Positions 10,421 to 20,321 of a DNA stretch of 64,000 nt are shown here, in pieces; position 1 is the stretch's first letter; the number at the start of each line of letters is the position of its first letter. Both the position numbers and the translations under genes were made by a program. This stretch comes from Anaerolineae bacterium (GTDB taxonomy: Bacteria > Chloroflexota > Anaerolineae > Aggregatilineales > Phototrophicaceae). The stretch is taken from NCBI GenBank assembly GCA_034437355.1, contig DAOTUA010000179.1, forward strand, positions 1,790-65,789, given 5' to 3'. The notes under the pieces are model-generated. The model saw only the letters and a list, made by a program, of their open reading frames with translations. It was not told the origin of the DNA and searched no databases.

Positions 10421-12280
10421 ATGACAGAATCCGGCGACAACCTGTTACAACAACTCGACCGATATACGGTGCAAGAGCGCATCGGTACCGGGGGGATGGC
10501 GCGGGTTTACCGAGCGAGCGATAATACCCTCGACCGGGACGTGGCAGTGAAAGTGTTGCACGAACACCTCGCCGACGATGAAAACTTCCGCGCACGCTTC
10601 GAGCGCGAAGCAAAATTCATTGCCAAGCTAAACCACCCCAACGTGATCCAAATCTTTGACTACGCCACCCTGGAGCGTAACGACAATTATCTATGCTACA
10701 TGGTCATGACCTACCTGCCGGGGCAGTCGCTCAAGGATATTATGGATGAAAATATGGAATCCGAGCGCGTTATGCCCAGCGACCAGATATTGCGCATCAC
10801 ACAAGATATTACCGCCGCCCTCGACTACGCCCACCGCCAAGGTATGGTCCACCGCGACATCAAACCCGCCAACATCCTATTCGATGAACGCGGTCAAGCT
10901 ATTCTCACCGACTTCGGTATTGCTCGGCTAGCAGAAAGTAGCAAGCTCACCCAGGAAAATGTCGCCGTTGGCACCCCCGCTTACATGGCACCCGAACAAG
11001 CCGCCGGGGAGAAAGTAGACGCCCGCACCGATATTTACGCTTTCGGGGTCATCCTCTACGAACTGCTTGCCGGGCAACCCCCCTTTGGCGACGACGGCAG
11101 CATCTCCGTACTGATCAAACACCTCAATGAACCCGTCCCCCCCCTAACCGAACTTGAACACATCGACAACGAGTACCTCGACGCCATTGTAATGAAGGCC
11201 CTCGCCAAAAATCCGACCGACCGTTATCAGTCCGCCGGCGAAATCGCTACCGATCTCGAACAAGCCATCGCTGGCCAGCCGCCCCAGGCACTAACCAACG
11301 CCCCCCAAGCACCCACACCCATCGAAGGCCCCAATACCACTCGCATCACCGCCCCGTTTGCCACCGTTGATCAACCCACAACCCCGCAGCGCAACAACAC
11401 CCCCCTCACCATCTTGATCGCCGGGCTGTTGGCGGTCATCCTATTGCTAGGCACAGCTTTTTTCCTCAACCAACAAAATGTGCGCGTCGTGGTCGCCCCC
11501 ACCCTCGAACAACCTGCCATCCCAACCGCCACCCCCACCCTAGACCCATCCGCTTTCCGCAACCTCGGCGGCATCGACAGCATGACGCAGGATGAAGAAA
11601 ACGCCTCCGATGTCAACAGCATGACCTCCGCCGATGATATGGGCTTCATGACAGATTTCTCCCCAAATGACGACATCGCCCGGGCATATTGGCCCCTTCA
11701 AACCACCGTCATCGGCTCGCGTGAAGGCGAAGTCACCCGCGAACTAAGCGATCAGGGCGTCTACATCATCACCAACACGATCCGCAACCTCGCCGCCAAC
11801 AGTATCATAAGCGATTTTTACTACAAAAAACCGATTTCCATCCGCGCCGAAATGTCACTCACCACCGAAAGCGAAAACAACAGCGGCTATGGCCTGGTAT
11901 TCCACTACCAAGACGAACAAAACTACGGTGTCTTTGCTGTAGACGGCGAAGGCCGCTATAGCATCTGGTTTTTAGAGGCCGGCCAATGGCGTGAACTGCG
12001 TAACCTACCCGATGAAGACTGGACCCGAAACGCCGTCGTCAACCAACGCGGCAAGCCGAACAGCATCCGCCTAGATATTCGAGACGCAACCCTGGCCGGG
12101 TTTGTCAACGGTGAGAAGCTGGTTGAACTCACCGACGATAGCATCACCGAAGGCGGTGTCGGCGTATACATGGCCAACCCCAACCGAGAAAACGCCATCG
12201 CCGAGGTCCTAGTCGATTCCTACGAAGTTATCCTTGTGGATGAGGAAGACGATAACACCTCCTCCATGACCGGCAGCTAG
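10421..12280 (+). CDS. Ser/Thr protein kinase with one TM segment and an extracytoplasmic jelly-roll-like (DUF1080/LamG-like) C-terminal domain
   Basis: 619-aa ORF with Hanks motifs GTGGMARVY, VAVK, HRDIKPANIL, DFGIA and APE. A hydrophobic segment (PLTILIAGLLAVILLLGTAFFL) follows. The call for the C-terminal ~200 aa is a weak family guess. Confidence 0.85.
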   Translation: MTESGDNLLQQLDRYTVQERIGTGGMARVYRASDNTLDRDVAVKVLHEHLADDENFRARFEREAKFIAKLNHPNVIQIFDYATLERNDNYLCYMVMTYLPGQSLKDIMDENMESERVMPSDQILRITQDITAALDYAHRQGMVHRDIKPANILFDERGQAILTDFGIARLAESSKLTQENVAVGTPAYMAPEQAAGEKVDARTDIYAFGVILYELLAGQPPFGDDGSISVLIKHLNEPVPPLTELEHIDNEYLDAIVMKALAKNPTDRYQSAGEIATDLEQAIAGQPPQALTNAPQAPTPIEGPNTTRITAPFATVDQPTTPQRNNTPLTILIAGLLAVILLLGTAFFLNQQNVRVVVAPTLEQPAIPTATPTLDPSAFRNLGGIDSMTQDEENASDVNSMTSADDMGFMTDFSPNDDIARAYWPLQTTVIGSREGEVTRELSDQGVYIITNTIRNLAANSIISDFYYKKPISIRAEMSLTTESENNSGYGLVFHYQDEQNYGVFAVDGEGRYSIWFLEAGQWRELRNLPDEDWTRNAVVNQRGKPNSIRLDIRDATLAGFVNGEKLVELTDDSITEGGVGVYMANPNRENAIAEVLVDSYEVILVDEEDDNTSSMTGS

Positions 12281-13560
12281 TTCGTATACGCCATAAACAC
12301 CGCAATATAAAGCGGGATCAAACAAGCCACTGCCACAAATGCCAAAAAAGCTAATACAATAGTAACAGCATCTAACCCGCCGCCCGCATCAATGCCTTCA
12401 GTAGCATTAGCGGCCCGTTGTCGGCGCACATCCGGCGGCGGGACCATCCCCCCAGTTGCGCTAGCATTGGGCATCTGCGCGGCTGATGTCGCCGCCGGCA
12501 CACTCGCCCGGCCCACGGGCGACGGCGCATCCGGCACAACGTTATACCGTTGCGTCGGGTCTGCTGGTGGTTGCTCCGGCTCGCGGTATAAAGGCCGCCC
12601 CTGTTGTGGCGGGTTGGCCCCCGGACGTTGGAAGCGTGCATCCGGCGCGGGGATAGACGCCCCCGGCTGCGGCGCGTCCGGCTCCGGTGATGTTTGCTTG
12701 CCAAATACACGCGGGTTCGGTGCGGTGTGCTGTTGCGCCTTATCACGGTACTTCACCAAAATCTGCCCAAGCTGGTCCGCCATACGATACCGCCCCGCCG
12801 GTTCCTTACCCATCACCTTGTAGATAATGCGCGATAGCTCGTCCGGTACTTGCGGGTTAATATCCGACACACGCGGGATGTCGTCGCGAATGTGTGCAAT
12901 CGCCAACTCCTGTTGATTATTACCAGTATATGGCAGTTGCCCCGTCAACATCTCAAACATCACAATGCCAATCGAATATACATCCGACGATGGCGTTGGC
13001 TTCTCGCCGCGTGCTTGCTCTGGCGCGAAATAGTGCGGGCTACCCCACACCACCGCCTCGCGTTCGGCGGTCACATCCGCTTTAGAAAACGCCTGCGCGA
13101 TGCCAAAATCCGTCACTTTCACCTGCCGGCTAGACGTGAGCAGCACGTTCTGCGGCTTCACGTCCGCATGGACCAACCCGGCCCGATGCGCTAGGCCGAT
13201 CCCCGCGCAAATCTGAATCCCCAGGTCCACCGCCACATCGACCGGAACTTTTGTCTCTTTGCGGATTAACTTCTTCAAATCGGACCCGTCGATAAACTCC
13301 ATCACAATGTAATGCGTGTTGCCGTCGCTGCCCACATCATACACCGTCACAATGTTCGGGTGGCTCAAATTTGCTACGTTGCGTGCCTCATTTTTGAACC
13401 GCTTCAGAAATTCCGGGTCGTTCGTCAGGCTAGGGCGTAAAATCTTCACCGCCACGGTACGCCCAAGCTCCTGATCGACCGCTTTGTAGATGACAGCCAT
13501 CCCGCCAGACCCCTGTTGGGCTACCAGCCGATAGCGCCCATTTAACATCGTTTCGCTCAT
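12277..13560 (-). CDS. Ser/Thr protein kinase (non-RD type), Pro-rich linker, C-terminal TM anchor
   Basis: 427-aa ORF with GSGGMAVIY, VAVK, HADVKPQNVL, DFGIA and APE motifs. The C-terminal segment is hydrophobic (VTIVLAFLAFVAVACLIPLYIAVFMAY). Confidence 0.85.
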   Translation of the reverse strand: MSETMLNGRYRLVAQQGSGGMAVIYKAVDQELGRTVAVKILRPSLTNDPEFLKRFKNEARNVANLSHPNIVTVYDVGSDGNTHYIVMEFIDGSDLKKLIRKETKVPVDVAVDLGIQICAGIGLAHRAGLVHADVKPQNVLLTSSRQVKVTDFGIAQAFSKADVTAEREAVVWGSPHYFAPEQARGEKPTPSSDVYSIGIVMFEMLTGQLPYTGNNQQELAIAHIRDDIPRVSDINPQVPDELSRIIYKVMGKEPAGRYRMADQLGQILVKYRDKAQQHTAPNPRVFGKQTSPEPDAPQPGASIPAPDARFQRPGANPPQQGRPLYREPEQPPADPTQRYNVVPDAPSPVGRASVPAATSAAQMPNASATGGMVPPPDVRRQRAANATEGIDAGGGLDAVTIVLAFLAFVAVACLIPLYIAVFMAYTN

Positions 13561-13627
13561 GACGCCCTCTCACCTTTGCGTGCCTAAACTGTTTGTCATT
13601 CTAACGACCCCTCCCCCAAAAAAACAC

Positions 13628-14779
13628 CTATGGTTTCATCGCTGGGTCGAACAACCGACGGTATTCAAGCTGTGCGCTGCGGTCCGTCAGGCTCGCGATA
13701 TAATCCGCTACCACCCGGTGTTCGCCCTCCTCCGGGATCAATTGGCGATACCCATCCGGCAGTTGTAACGGCTCGCTCACGTAGCTGTTAAATATCTGCG
13801 TGATGAAATGCTCGGCCCGCTGCGCCATCCGCACTACCCGATAATGCCGATACATTTTATCGAACAAGAAATCTTTTAGCGCCCGGTTCATCGTTTGCAT
13901 ACTCGCGCTATACTGAACCACATTCTGCGTATGCTGCTGGATGTCCGCCGGGGTAGTCGGCTGCAACGCCTCCAGGTTGGCGTTCGTCGTGCTTAGCACA
14001 TCATCCACCAATATACCAACCAACTCCCGGATAATGTGATGCCGCGATAAATCGGATAACTCGCCGCCGTCCCAGCGCGAACTTTCCGTGACCCGCCGCC
14101 AGATTTCCAGCACGCGCAATTGCCCCGGCGTGATCAACCCCGCTTTCAACCCGTCGTCCAGATCATGAGCGTTATAGGCCAGTTCGTCCGCCACATCCGC
14201 AATCTGCGCTTCGATGCTGCCGCGTATTGCCGCATCGAACGCCGTCACCCCCGCCATATCGAACTCAGTTTCGTGCTTGGCAATCCCTTCTAATGTCTCG
14301 AACGTCAGGTTGAGGCCCGCCCAACGCTCGTAACGCTGTTCCAACTCCGTGACCACCCGGTAACTCTGGTGATTGTGGTTAAACCCGCCATAGGCCGCCA
14401 TCAACTCATCCAGAATATCCTCCCCGGCGTGCCCAAACGGAGGATGTCCCAAATCGTGCGCTAGGCAGATCGTCTCTACCAGCGTTTCATTCGCCCCCAG
14501 CGCACGGGCAATCGTCCGCCCGATCTGCGCCACCTCTAACGTATGCGTCAACCGGGTTCGGTAATAATCGCCCAAATCGTTCACGAACACCTGCGTTTTA
14601 TACTCCAGCCGACGAAACGCCGCCGCATGGGTAATGCGATCCCGATCACGCTGGAACGCCGTCCGATATTGTGGTTCCGGCTCGTGATGAACGCGGCCCC
14701 GGCTATTCTGGCTGCGCATAGCATACGGCGCGAGCATCTCCGCTTCGATAGTTTCCTGACGGTGGCGATCTGCGTACAC
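13628..14779 (-). CDS. dgt: dGTP triphosphohydrolase-like HD-domain protein
   Basis: HD signatures are present (THTLEVAQIGR, AHDLGHPPFGH, DRITHAAAFRRLEYKTQVF). I prefer GTG 14779 as the start because it has AGGAG 7 nt upstream, over the longer track start at 14845. Confidence 0.85.
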   Translation of the reverse strand: MYADRHRQETIEAEMLAPYAMRSQNSRGRVHHEPEPQYRTAFQRDRDRITHAAAFRRLEYKTQVFVNDLGDYYRTRLTHTLEVAQIGRTIARALGANETLVETICLAHDLGHPPFGHAGEDILDELMAAYGGFNHNHQSYRVVTELEQRYERWAGLNLTFETLEGIAKHETEFDMAGVTAFDAAIRGSIEAQIADVADELAYNAHDLDDGLKAGLITPGQLRVLEIWRRVTESSRWDGGELSDLSRHHIIRELVGILVDDVLSTTNANLEALQPTTPADIQQHTQNVVQYSASMQTMNRALKDFLFDKMYRHYRVVRMAQRAEHFITQIFNSYVSEPLQLPDGYRQLIPEEGEHRVVADYIASLTDRSAQLEYRRLFDPAMKP

Positions 14780-14961
14780 ACTAAGTCTCCTATTCTCACG
14801 ACCCGATCTGTTAACTCTATTGTACGCCAGCCAGGGCTTTTGCAAAGTTACAGGGCTGATAACTGGGCGCGGCCCAAACCCGTCACTTCTTCACACCTCA
14901 CAACGATGTGATATAATCGCGCCAATACAACAACGTGAAACCAACGTGAAAAGGGGCCACT

Positions 14962-16254
14962 ATGGACATCAACCAGGCCATGAAGATGATCGAATGGCTA
15001 GACGAAGAACGCCGTCGCAACAAAAGCCAGATCAACCAACTAGAAGAACAACTCAGCGGGCAACAAGAAACTATCGACCAACTCAACCGCCGCCTCAATA
15101 GCGTCGAATCCGAAAATACGGTGTTCCAGACCAAACTAGAACACAACCGCACCGGCGGACCCGGCGACAACCTGTTAGAAACCGTCCGCCAAGAAATGCG
15201 CAACCTGCTCGAACAACAAGAAGCCAAACGCCTGACCGCCGAACGCGAAGTCGAAAAACGTCACGAACTCGCCCGCGAAGGACTCATGCGCCCCGTCCGA
15301 GACTTAACCGAACGCCTCGCCAACATCGAAGCCCAACTCCAAGATTTACCAGGCTTCCAACTCGAACGCGCCCGCACCGGCGAAGCCGTCGCCTCTGTCC
15401 AACAACAAATTGAGGACATCAAGAAACGCTTCGATGAACCCGACCGCCGCCTGACCTTCCTCGAAGAACAACGCCGCCAAGACAACCGCCGCCTTGCCGA
15501 AATCCAATCCGAACTCCCCGAAATGCAAAAACAGATCGACGCCGTGCGCCCCAAGGTCGGCCTGATAGAAGAACTTGCCCTGCGCAACGAACGCAAAATC
15601 AACGAAACACAAACTGCGGAATCTTCCCGCCGCGACCAAATGCAGCAGTTTGTAGACCAACAAACCCTCATGCTCCAACAACGCGACCAGCAGGTCCAGG
15701 CCCTACTCGACCGTTTCGGCGAACAAGACAGCGCCATGCAACGCAACCTGGAACGTTTTGAAGGCTGGTCCGAAACACACCGCGAAATGAAACGGATCAT
15801 TGAGGACTTTGAGCGTATCGGTGACCGCCTGGAACGGCGTATCAACGAAGTCGCAGAAATGCAACGCCTCAGCGAAGAACGCTTCCGCCAAGAGTGGAAC
15901 GACTGGCGCACCGACGACCAAAAACGGTTCAAGCAATTTACCCTGGCCAATGATGATGTGTGGCGCAACCACGACAAAGAATTTGAGCGACACCTCAACC
16001 GTGTCGATTCAATAGCCGCCAGCATCCCACCCCTACGCGAAAGCATCAGCCGCCTATGGGAACTCGAACGCGCCCGCGCCGAAATGTACCGCGAACGCTA
16101 TCAAGCCCTGTTAATGCAATTCGACACCCAAGAAAACATCCGCGCTACCACTACCGGCACCGTCCCCGCCGTCCACCTTCCAGAAACACCCCCCACCAAC
16201 GGAGCCGATACCCTCACCGCCGATGACGACCCCACCGACCCCGACCCCGCTTAA
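14962..16254 (+). CDS. coiled-coil protein of unknown function
   Basis: 430-aa ORF, strongly E/R/Q/L-rich with a heptad-like character throughout and an acidic Pro/Thr tail. I recognise no catalytic motif. Confidence 0.6.
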   Translation: MDINQAMKMIEWLDEERRRNKSQINQLEEQLSGQQETIDQLNRRLNSVESENTVFQTKLEHNRTGGPGDNLLETVRQEMRNLLEQQEAKRLTAEREVEKRHELAREGLMRPVRDLTERLANIEAQLQDLPGFQLERARTGEAVASVQQQIEDIKKRFDEPDRRLTFLEEQRRQDNRRLAEIQSELPEMQKQIDAVRPKVGLIEELALRNERKINETQTAESSRRDQMQQFVDQQTLMLQQRDQQVQALLDRFGEQDSAMQRNLERFEGWSETHREMKRIIEDFERIGDRLERRINEVAEMQRLSEERFRQEWNDWRTDDQKRFKQFTLANDDVWRNHDKEFERHLNRVDSIAASIPPLRESISRLWELERARAEMYRERYQALLMQFDTQENIRATTTGTVPAVHLPETPPTNGADTLTADDDPTDPDPA

Positions 16255-16280
16255 CCAACCAGGGGGGGCTGTGCCTTCCC

Positions 16281-17573
16281 CTACGCCGAGATCGTCACCC
16301 GTTCGATCTGCGCCCCCAACCCCTTCAGCTTTGCCTCGACGTGCGCATACCCCCGGTCGATCTGCTGCACGTTCGAGATGCGCGTCTCACCATCTGCCAC
16401 CAACGCCGCCAATAACAACGCCATCCCCGCCCGAATATCCGGGCTAGGCAACAATCCCCCCGCCCGTAACGCTGTCGGCCCCTGCACCAACACCCGGTGC
16501 GGATCGCACAACGTGATGCGTGCCCCCATCTGCCGCAGCTTATCCGTAAAGAAAAAGCGGCTCTCATACATCCAATCATGGAACAACGCCACCCCCGCGC
16601 TTTGTGTCGCCACCACCAGCGCAATACTCATCAAATCCGGCGGGAACGCCGGCCACGGCTGCGCCTTGATCACCGGCATCTTGCCGCCAAAATCCGGCTG
16701 AATCGTCAACGCTTGCCCCGCCGGGACGAACACGTCCTCCCCCTGGGTTTCCCACTCCACCCCCAATCGCCGGAACGTCAGCGCGATCATATCCAGGTGA
16801 TGCGGGTCCGCCTGTTGGATCGTCACCGCACCCCCCGTCACCGCCGCCGCCCCGATAAAACTACCGACCTCCATAAAATCCGCCCCGACCCGTGCCTCGC
16901 CACCCCCCAAAGCCGATACGCCACTGATCACCAACTGATTAGACCCGATCCCCTCAATCTGTGCGCCGAGCGTATTCAACATATGGCATAAGTCCTGTAC
17001 ATGCGGTTCACCCGCCGCGTTGCGAATGACTGTCGTCCCCTGCGCCAACGTCGCCGCCAAGATCGTGTTTTCAGTCGCCGTCACGCTGGCCTCTTGCAAC
17101 AAGATGTCCGTTCCGGTCAGGCCATCAGCCGCCTCAAACCGCAGATACTCACCATCGTGATGCACTTGCGCCCCCAACGCCACCAGCGCATTGATCAACG
17201 TATCCAGCCGACGCTCCCCGATCACATCGCCACCCGGCAGCGGCAACGCTGCCCGCCCCCGCCGGCCCAATAACGCGCCACTTAACACAATCCCGGCCCG
17301 CGTTCGGGACATATCCGGGTGAACCTCGCTCGTGTGTAACGTCGCCGCCTCGATCCGCACCGTCTGCGAATCGACCCACGACACCGACGCGCCCAAATGC
17401 CCGATCACATCACACAACACCCGCACATCCACAATATCTGGCACGTTATGTAGCGTGACCGGCTGGTCCGTTAGCAAACAAGCCGGGATCATCTTAGTGG
17501 CAGCGTTCTTGTTCCCCCCCGGCCTAACCGTCCCGTTTAGGGGAACACCGCCGCGAATAATAAACTGTTCCAT
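16281..17573 (-). CDS. murA: UDP-N-acetylglucosamine 1-carboxyvinyltransferase
   Basis: 430-aa ORF. MEQFIIRGGVPLNGTVRPGGNKNAATKMIPACLL and the rest of the sequence are typical of the MurA/EPSP-synthase fold. Confidence 0.95.
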   Translation of the reverse strand: MEQFIIRGGVPLNGTVRPGGNKNAATKMIPACLLTDQPVTLHNVPDIVDVRVLCDVIGHLGASVSWVDSQTVRIEAATLHTSEVHPDMSRTRAGIVLSGALLGRRGRAALPLPGGDVIGERRLDTLINALVALGAQVHHDGEYLRFEAADGLTGTDILLQEASVTATENTILAATLAQGTTVIRNAAGEPHVQDLCHMLNTLGAQIEGIGSNQLVISGVSALGGGEARVGADFMEVGSFIGAAAVTGGAVTIQQADPHHLDMIALTFRRLGVEWETQGEDVFVPAGQALTIQPDFGGKMPVIKAQPWPAFPPDLMSIALVVATQSAGVALFHDWMYESRFFFTDKLRQMGARITLCDPHRVLVQGPTALRAGGLLPSPDIRAGMALLLAALVADGETRISNVQQIDRGYAHVEAKLKGLGAQIERVTISA

Positions 17574-17575
17574 GC

Positions 17576-18883
17576 CTACTCCGTTAGTAACTCGGCTTGA
17601 GCCTCATCATCTGGGGGTATTAATTCCGTGATGACGGGCATATCCGCCCCGTTCAAAAACGCCAACGCGCTTTGAAGTTGCGGGTCGCCCGCCAGTGATT
17701 GCGCATCCGCAATATCCAGGATATACGGTTCCTCCGGGTTCCACTCGATCACAATATCCGGCTCGATGCCCTGCTCATGAATCCACGATCCATTCGGGGT
17801 CAGCCAACGCGCAATCGTGATCCGCATACCGCCGCCATTGCTCAGGCCGCGCCAGCTTTGCACCGTCCCCTTACCGAACGTCGTTTCTCCGATAATCGTT
17901 GCCGCACCGTGATCCTGTAACGCCCCGGATACCAACTCCGACGCACTCGCGCTCGTCTCATCTACCAGCACCACCACCGGGAAATCGTACCCCATGTAGC
18001 TGTCATCAGTACGCAGTTCCTCGTTACGATTGGCGAACTCCTCCCGCACGATCACCTTATCATCCAGAAACGCGCTGCTCACCTCAAGCGAGCTATTCAG
18101 CGTGCCGCCGGGGTTCCCCCGTAAATCCAGGATCAACCCGTTCAGTGTCGCCTCGCCGCGCATCTCATCAATCGCCGCTTCTAGTTGCGGGCGGCTCTGC
18201 GAATTGAACTCGAACAACCGCACCAGCCCAATATCCCCCTCTAACAGCACATGCTCTGCCGTCGGAATCGGAATCCGATCACGCTCTATCGTCTTGTCGA
18301 GCAACTCATCCCCGCGCCGGAACGTAATATCCACCGTAGACCCACGCGGGCCCCGCACAATCCCGGCTAGCTCTAACTGGCTGTAACCGATCACGTCCTC
18401 GCCGTCCACCTCCACGAAAATATCCCCCACCATCACCTCGGATTTCTCCGCCGGCGTATCCTTCAGCACGTTTACCACTTCGATCTCGCCCGTCTCCTGA
18501 ATCGTGCGGATCACCACACCGATCCCTTGAATCTCACCGGAAATATCCTCGTTCATCAGGCTGTAAACGTCACTCGCCATATAACCCGTGTACTGATCGC
18601 CCAGCGAATCCAACATCCCGCTGATGGCCCCCTCAACCACCAGATGCGTATCCACCGGTTCCAGATATTGCGAACGAATCATCCCATACGCCTGCCAGAA
18701 GGCGTCGAACTCCTGTTGTTCCTCCTCACTCAAGTTGATCTGTGCGGCTGCCAGCCCAGACTGGCTCCCGAACAAAAACCCGGTTGAGAATACCACTACA
18801 ATCAGGGCGACCGTCCGCATCCCCTGTGAGTGCTTCCATAGCTTTTTCCACATACCGATTGTCGATCTTGGCTGTTTCGACAT
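17576..18883 (-). CDS. S41-family C-terminal processing peptidase with PDZ domain
   Basis: 435-aa ORF with an N-terminal TM segment, a PDZ-like region, and S41 motifs LDLRGNPGGTL and TASASELVSGALQD. Its stop lies 2 nt before the murA start, so the two are likely co-transcribed. Confidence 0.9.
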   Translation of the reverse strand: MSKQPRSTIGMWKKLWKHSQGMRTVALIVVVFSTGFLFGSQSGLAAAQINLSEEEQQEFDAFWQAYGMIRSQYLEPVDTHLVVEGAISGMLDSLGDQYTGYMASDVYSLMNEDISGEIQGIGVVIRTIQETGEIEVVNVLKDTPAEKSEVMVGDIFVEVDGEDVIGYSQLELAGIVRGPRGSTVDITFRRGDELLDKTIERDRIPIPTAEHVLLEGDIGLVRLFEFNSQSRPQLEAAIDEMRGEATLNGLILDLRGNPGGTLNSSLEVSSAFLDDKVIVREEFANRNEELRTDDSYMGYDFPVVVLVDETSASASELVSGALQDHGAATIIGETTFGKGTVQSWRGLSNGGGMRITIARWLTPNGSWIHEQGIEPDIVIEWNPEEPYILDIADAQSLAGDPQLQSALAFLNGADMPVITELIPPDDEAQAELLTE

Positions 18884-19014
18884 GGGATATACTCCACTTA
18901 TGTACTTGAACTTATACTATTATACATACTCTAGCGCATTTGCTTTGGTAAAATGTGCATGGCATGTTAGAAGCCCAAAAGTATCCTCGCCCATCCCCTA
19001 ACGGAGTGACCCAC

Positions 19015-19941
19015 ATGACCCAACACCAAGCCCAAGCTCTGCTCTTTGGCCTCGCCCTCGGTGATGCGCTCGGTTGGCCCACCGAATTCAAAACCCTACC
19101 GGACATCAAAGCCACCTACGGCCCCGATGGTATCCAACAACCACCGGACCCCGCCCTCTACACCGACGATACCCAGATGACGCTCGCTCTGACCGAGGGC
19201 CTGCTAGAAACCGGCCTCAACGCCCCGCTAGATGACCAGATGCAAGCCGTTGGGCGTCACTTTGTCCGATGGAAGCATACCGCCCCCTCCCGCGCCCCTG
19301 GCAATACCTGCCTCACCGGGGTCACACGCTTTGAAAACGGCACCCCCTGGGCCGAATCCGGCGTCGCTCACTCTAAGGGATGCGGTAGCGCCATGCGCGT
19401 TGCGACTATCGGCTATCTTTACCAACACACACCGGACCGCCTGGTCGAAGTGGCGAAAGCTAGCGGGATTATCACCCATGGCCACCCGGCAGCCGTAGCC
19501 GCCTCCGTTGCCGCCGCCTACGCCGTTAAGCTCGCCCTGGATGGCATCCACCCCGACGACTACCTACGCCGCATCCTGGCAATCACCGACGGCATCAGCG
19601 AGGAGTTCGACGCCGCCATGTATCGTGTCGGCCAAGCGCATTTCGCCTCAGACGAACAATGCCTCAAGCATATCGGGCAAGGGTGGGTCGGGGAAGAAGC
19701 CGTCGGGCTGGCCCTCTGGTGTGTGATCCGCTTCCCGGATGATTACGTCGCTGCTGTGCGCCGGGGCGCGAACTCCAACGGGGATAGCGATAGCGTCGCC
19801 TGTATTGCCGGCGGCATCAGCGCCGCCCGCCTCGGCCTACACGCTATCCCCGAACCCTGGCGGGCACGTTGCGAAAACCGCGACTATCTGCTAGACTTAT
19901 CCGAACGAATGTTCAAAGCACGCGAGGCCATCAACCCATGA
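19015..19941 (+). CDS. ADP-ribosylglycohydrolase family protein
   Basis: LLFGLALGDALGWPTEF, GCGSAMRVA and a C-terminal GDSDSVACIAGG are typical ARH/DraG-family motifs. I prefer ATG 19015 (GGAG upstream) to the track start at 18955. Confidence 0.8.
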   Translation: MTQHQAQALLFGLALGDALGWPTEFKTLPDIKATYGPDGIQQPPDPALYTDDTQMTLALTEGLLETGLNAPLDDQMQAVGRHFVRWKHTAPSRAPGNTCLTGVTRFENGTPWAESGVAHSKGCGSAMRVATIGYLYQHTPDRLVEVAKASGIITHGHPAAVAASVAAAYAVKLALDGIHPDDYLRRILAITDGISEEFDAAMYRVGQAHFASDEQCLKHIGQGWVGEEAVGLALWCVIRFPDDYVAAVRRGANSNGDSDSVACIAGGISAARLGLHAIPEPWRARCENRDYLLDLSERMFKAREAINP

Positions 19942-20297
19942 CACGCGACGATGTGATCGCCTATTGTCTAGCTAAGCGCGGGGCCTACACCGATACCCCC
20001 TTCGGACCCGACACACTCGTCATCAAAGTTCTCAATAAGATGTTCGCCGCACTCAGCACCGACCCCACCGTCGAAACGGTTAACCTCAAATGCGAACCCG
20101 ATCACGCCCTCATCCTGCGCAACGCCTACCCCGATCACGTCCAGCCGGGGTATCATATGAATAAAAAACACTGGAACACAGTCACTTTTACCCAGGTGCC
20201 GGACGACGAACTGCGCGACTGGATCAGCGAATCCTACGATCTCGTCGTCGCCAGCATGACCAAAGCCGACCGTACCCGGCTACAAACCGACGACTGA
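19938..20297 (+). CDS. MmcQ/YjbR-family DNA-binding protein
   Basis: The internal ATG overlaps the upstream stop codon (ATGA at 19938-19941). The PGYHMNKKHWNTV signature and ~119-aa size match the YjbR family. Confidence 0.8.
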   Translation: MTRDDVIAYCLAKRGAYTDTPFGPDTLVIKVLNKMFAALSTDPTVETVNLKCEPDHALILRNAYPDHVQPGYHMNKKHWNTVTFTQVPDDELRDWISESYDLVVASMTKADRTRLQTDD

Positions 20298-20321
20298 CCA
20301 TCAACCGAATGACAAGCCACC

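Noticed and set aside
13628-14779. The dGTPase read as an anti-phage dNTP-depletion defence gene.
   Set aside because: It is a standard-length Dgt-like HD protein in a housekeeping neighbourhood. There are no adjacent defence, mobile or restriction genes, and nothing in the sequence distinguishes it from the housekeeping form.
15261-16046. Long antisense ORFs inside confirmed genes. Examples are 15261..16046, 21173..21598, 22020..22583, 39701..40372, 48221..48748, 54116..54526 and 56649..57290.
   Set aside because: All are Arg/Ser/Pro/Gly-rich low-complexity translations on the strand opposite genes with clear family signatures. The ones over the tandem repeats merely mirror the repeat periodicity.
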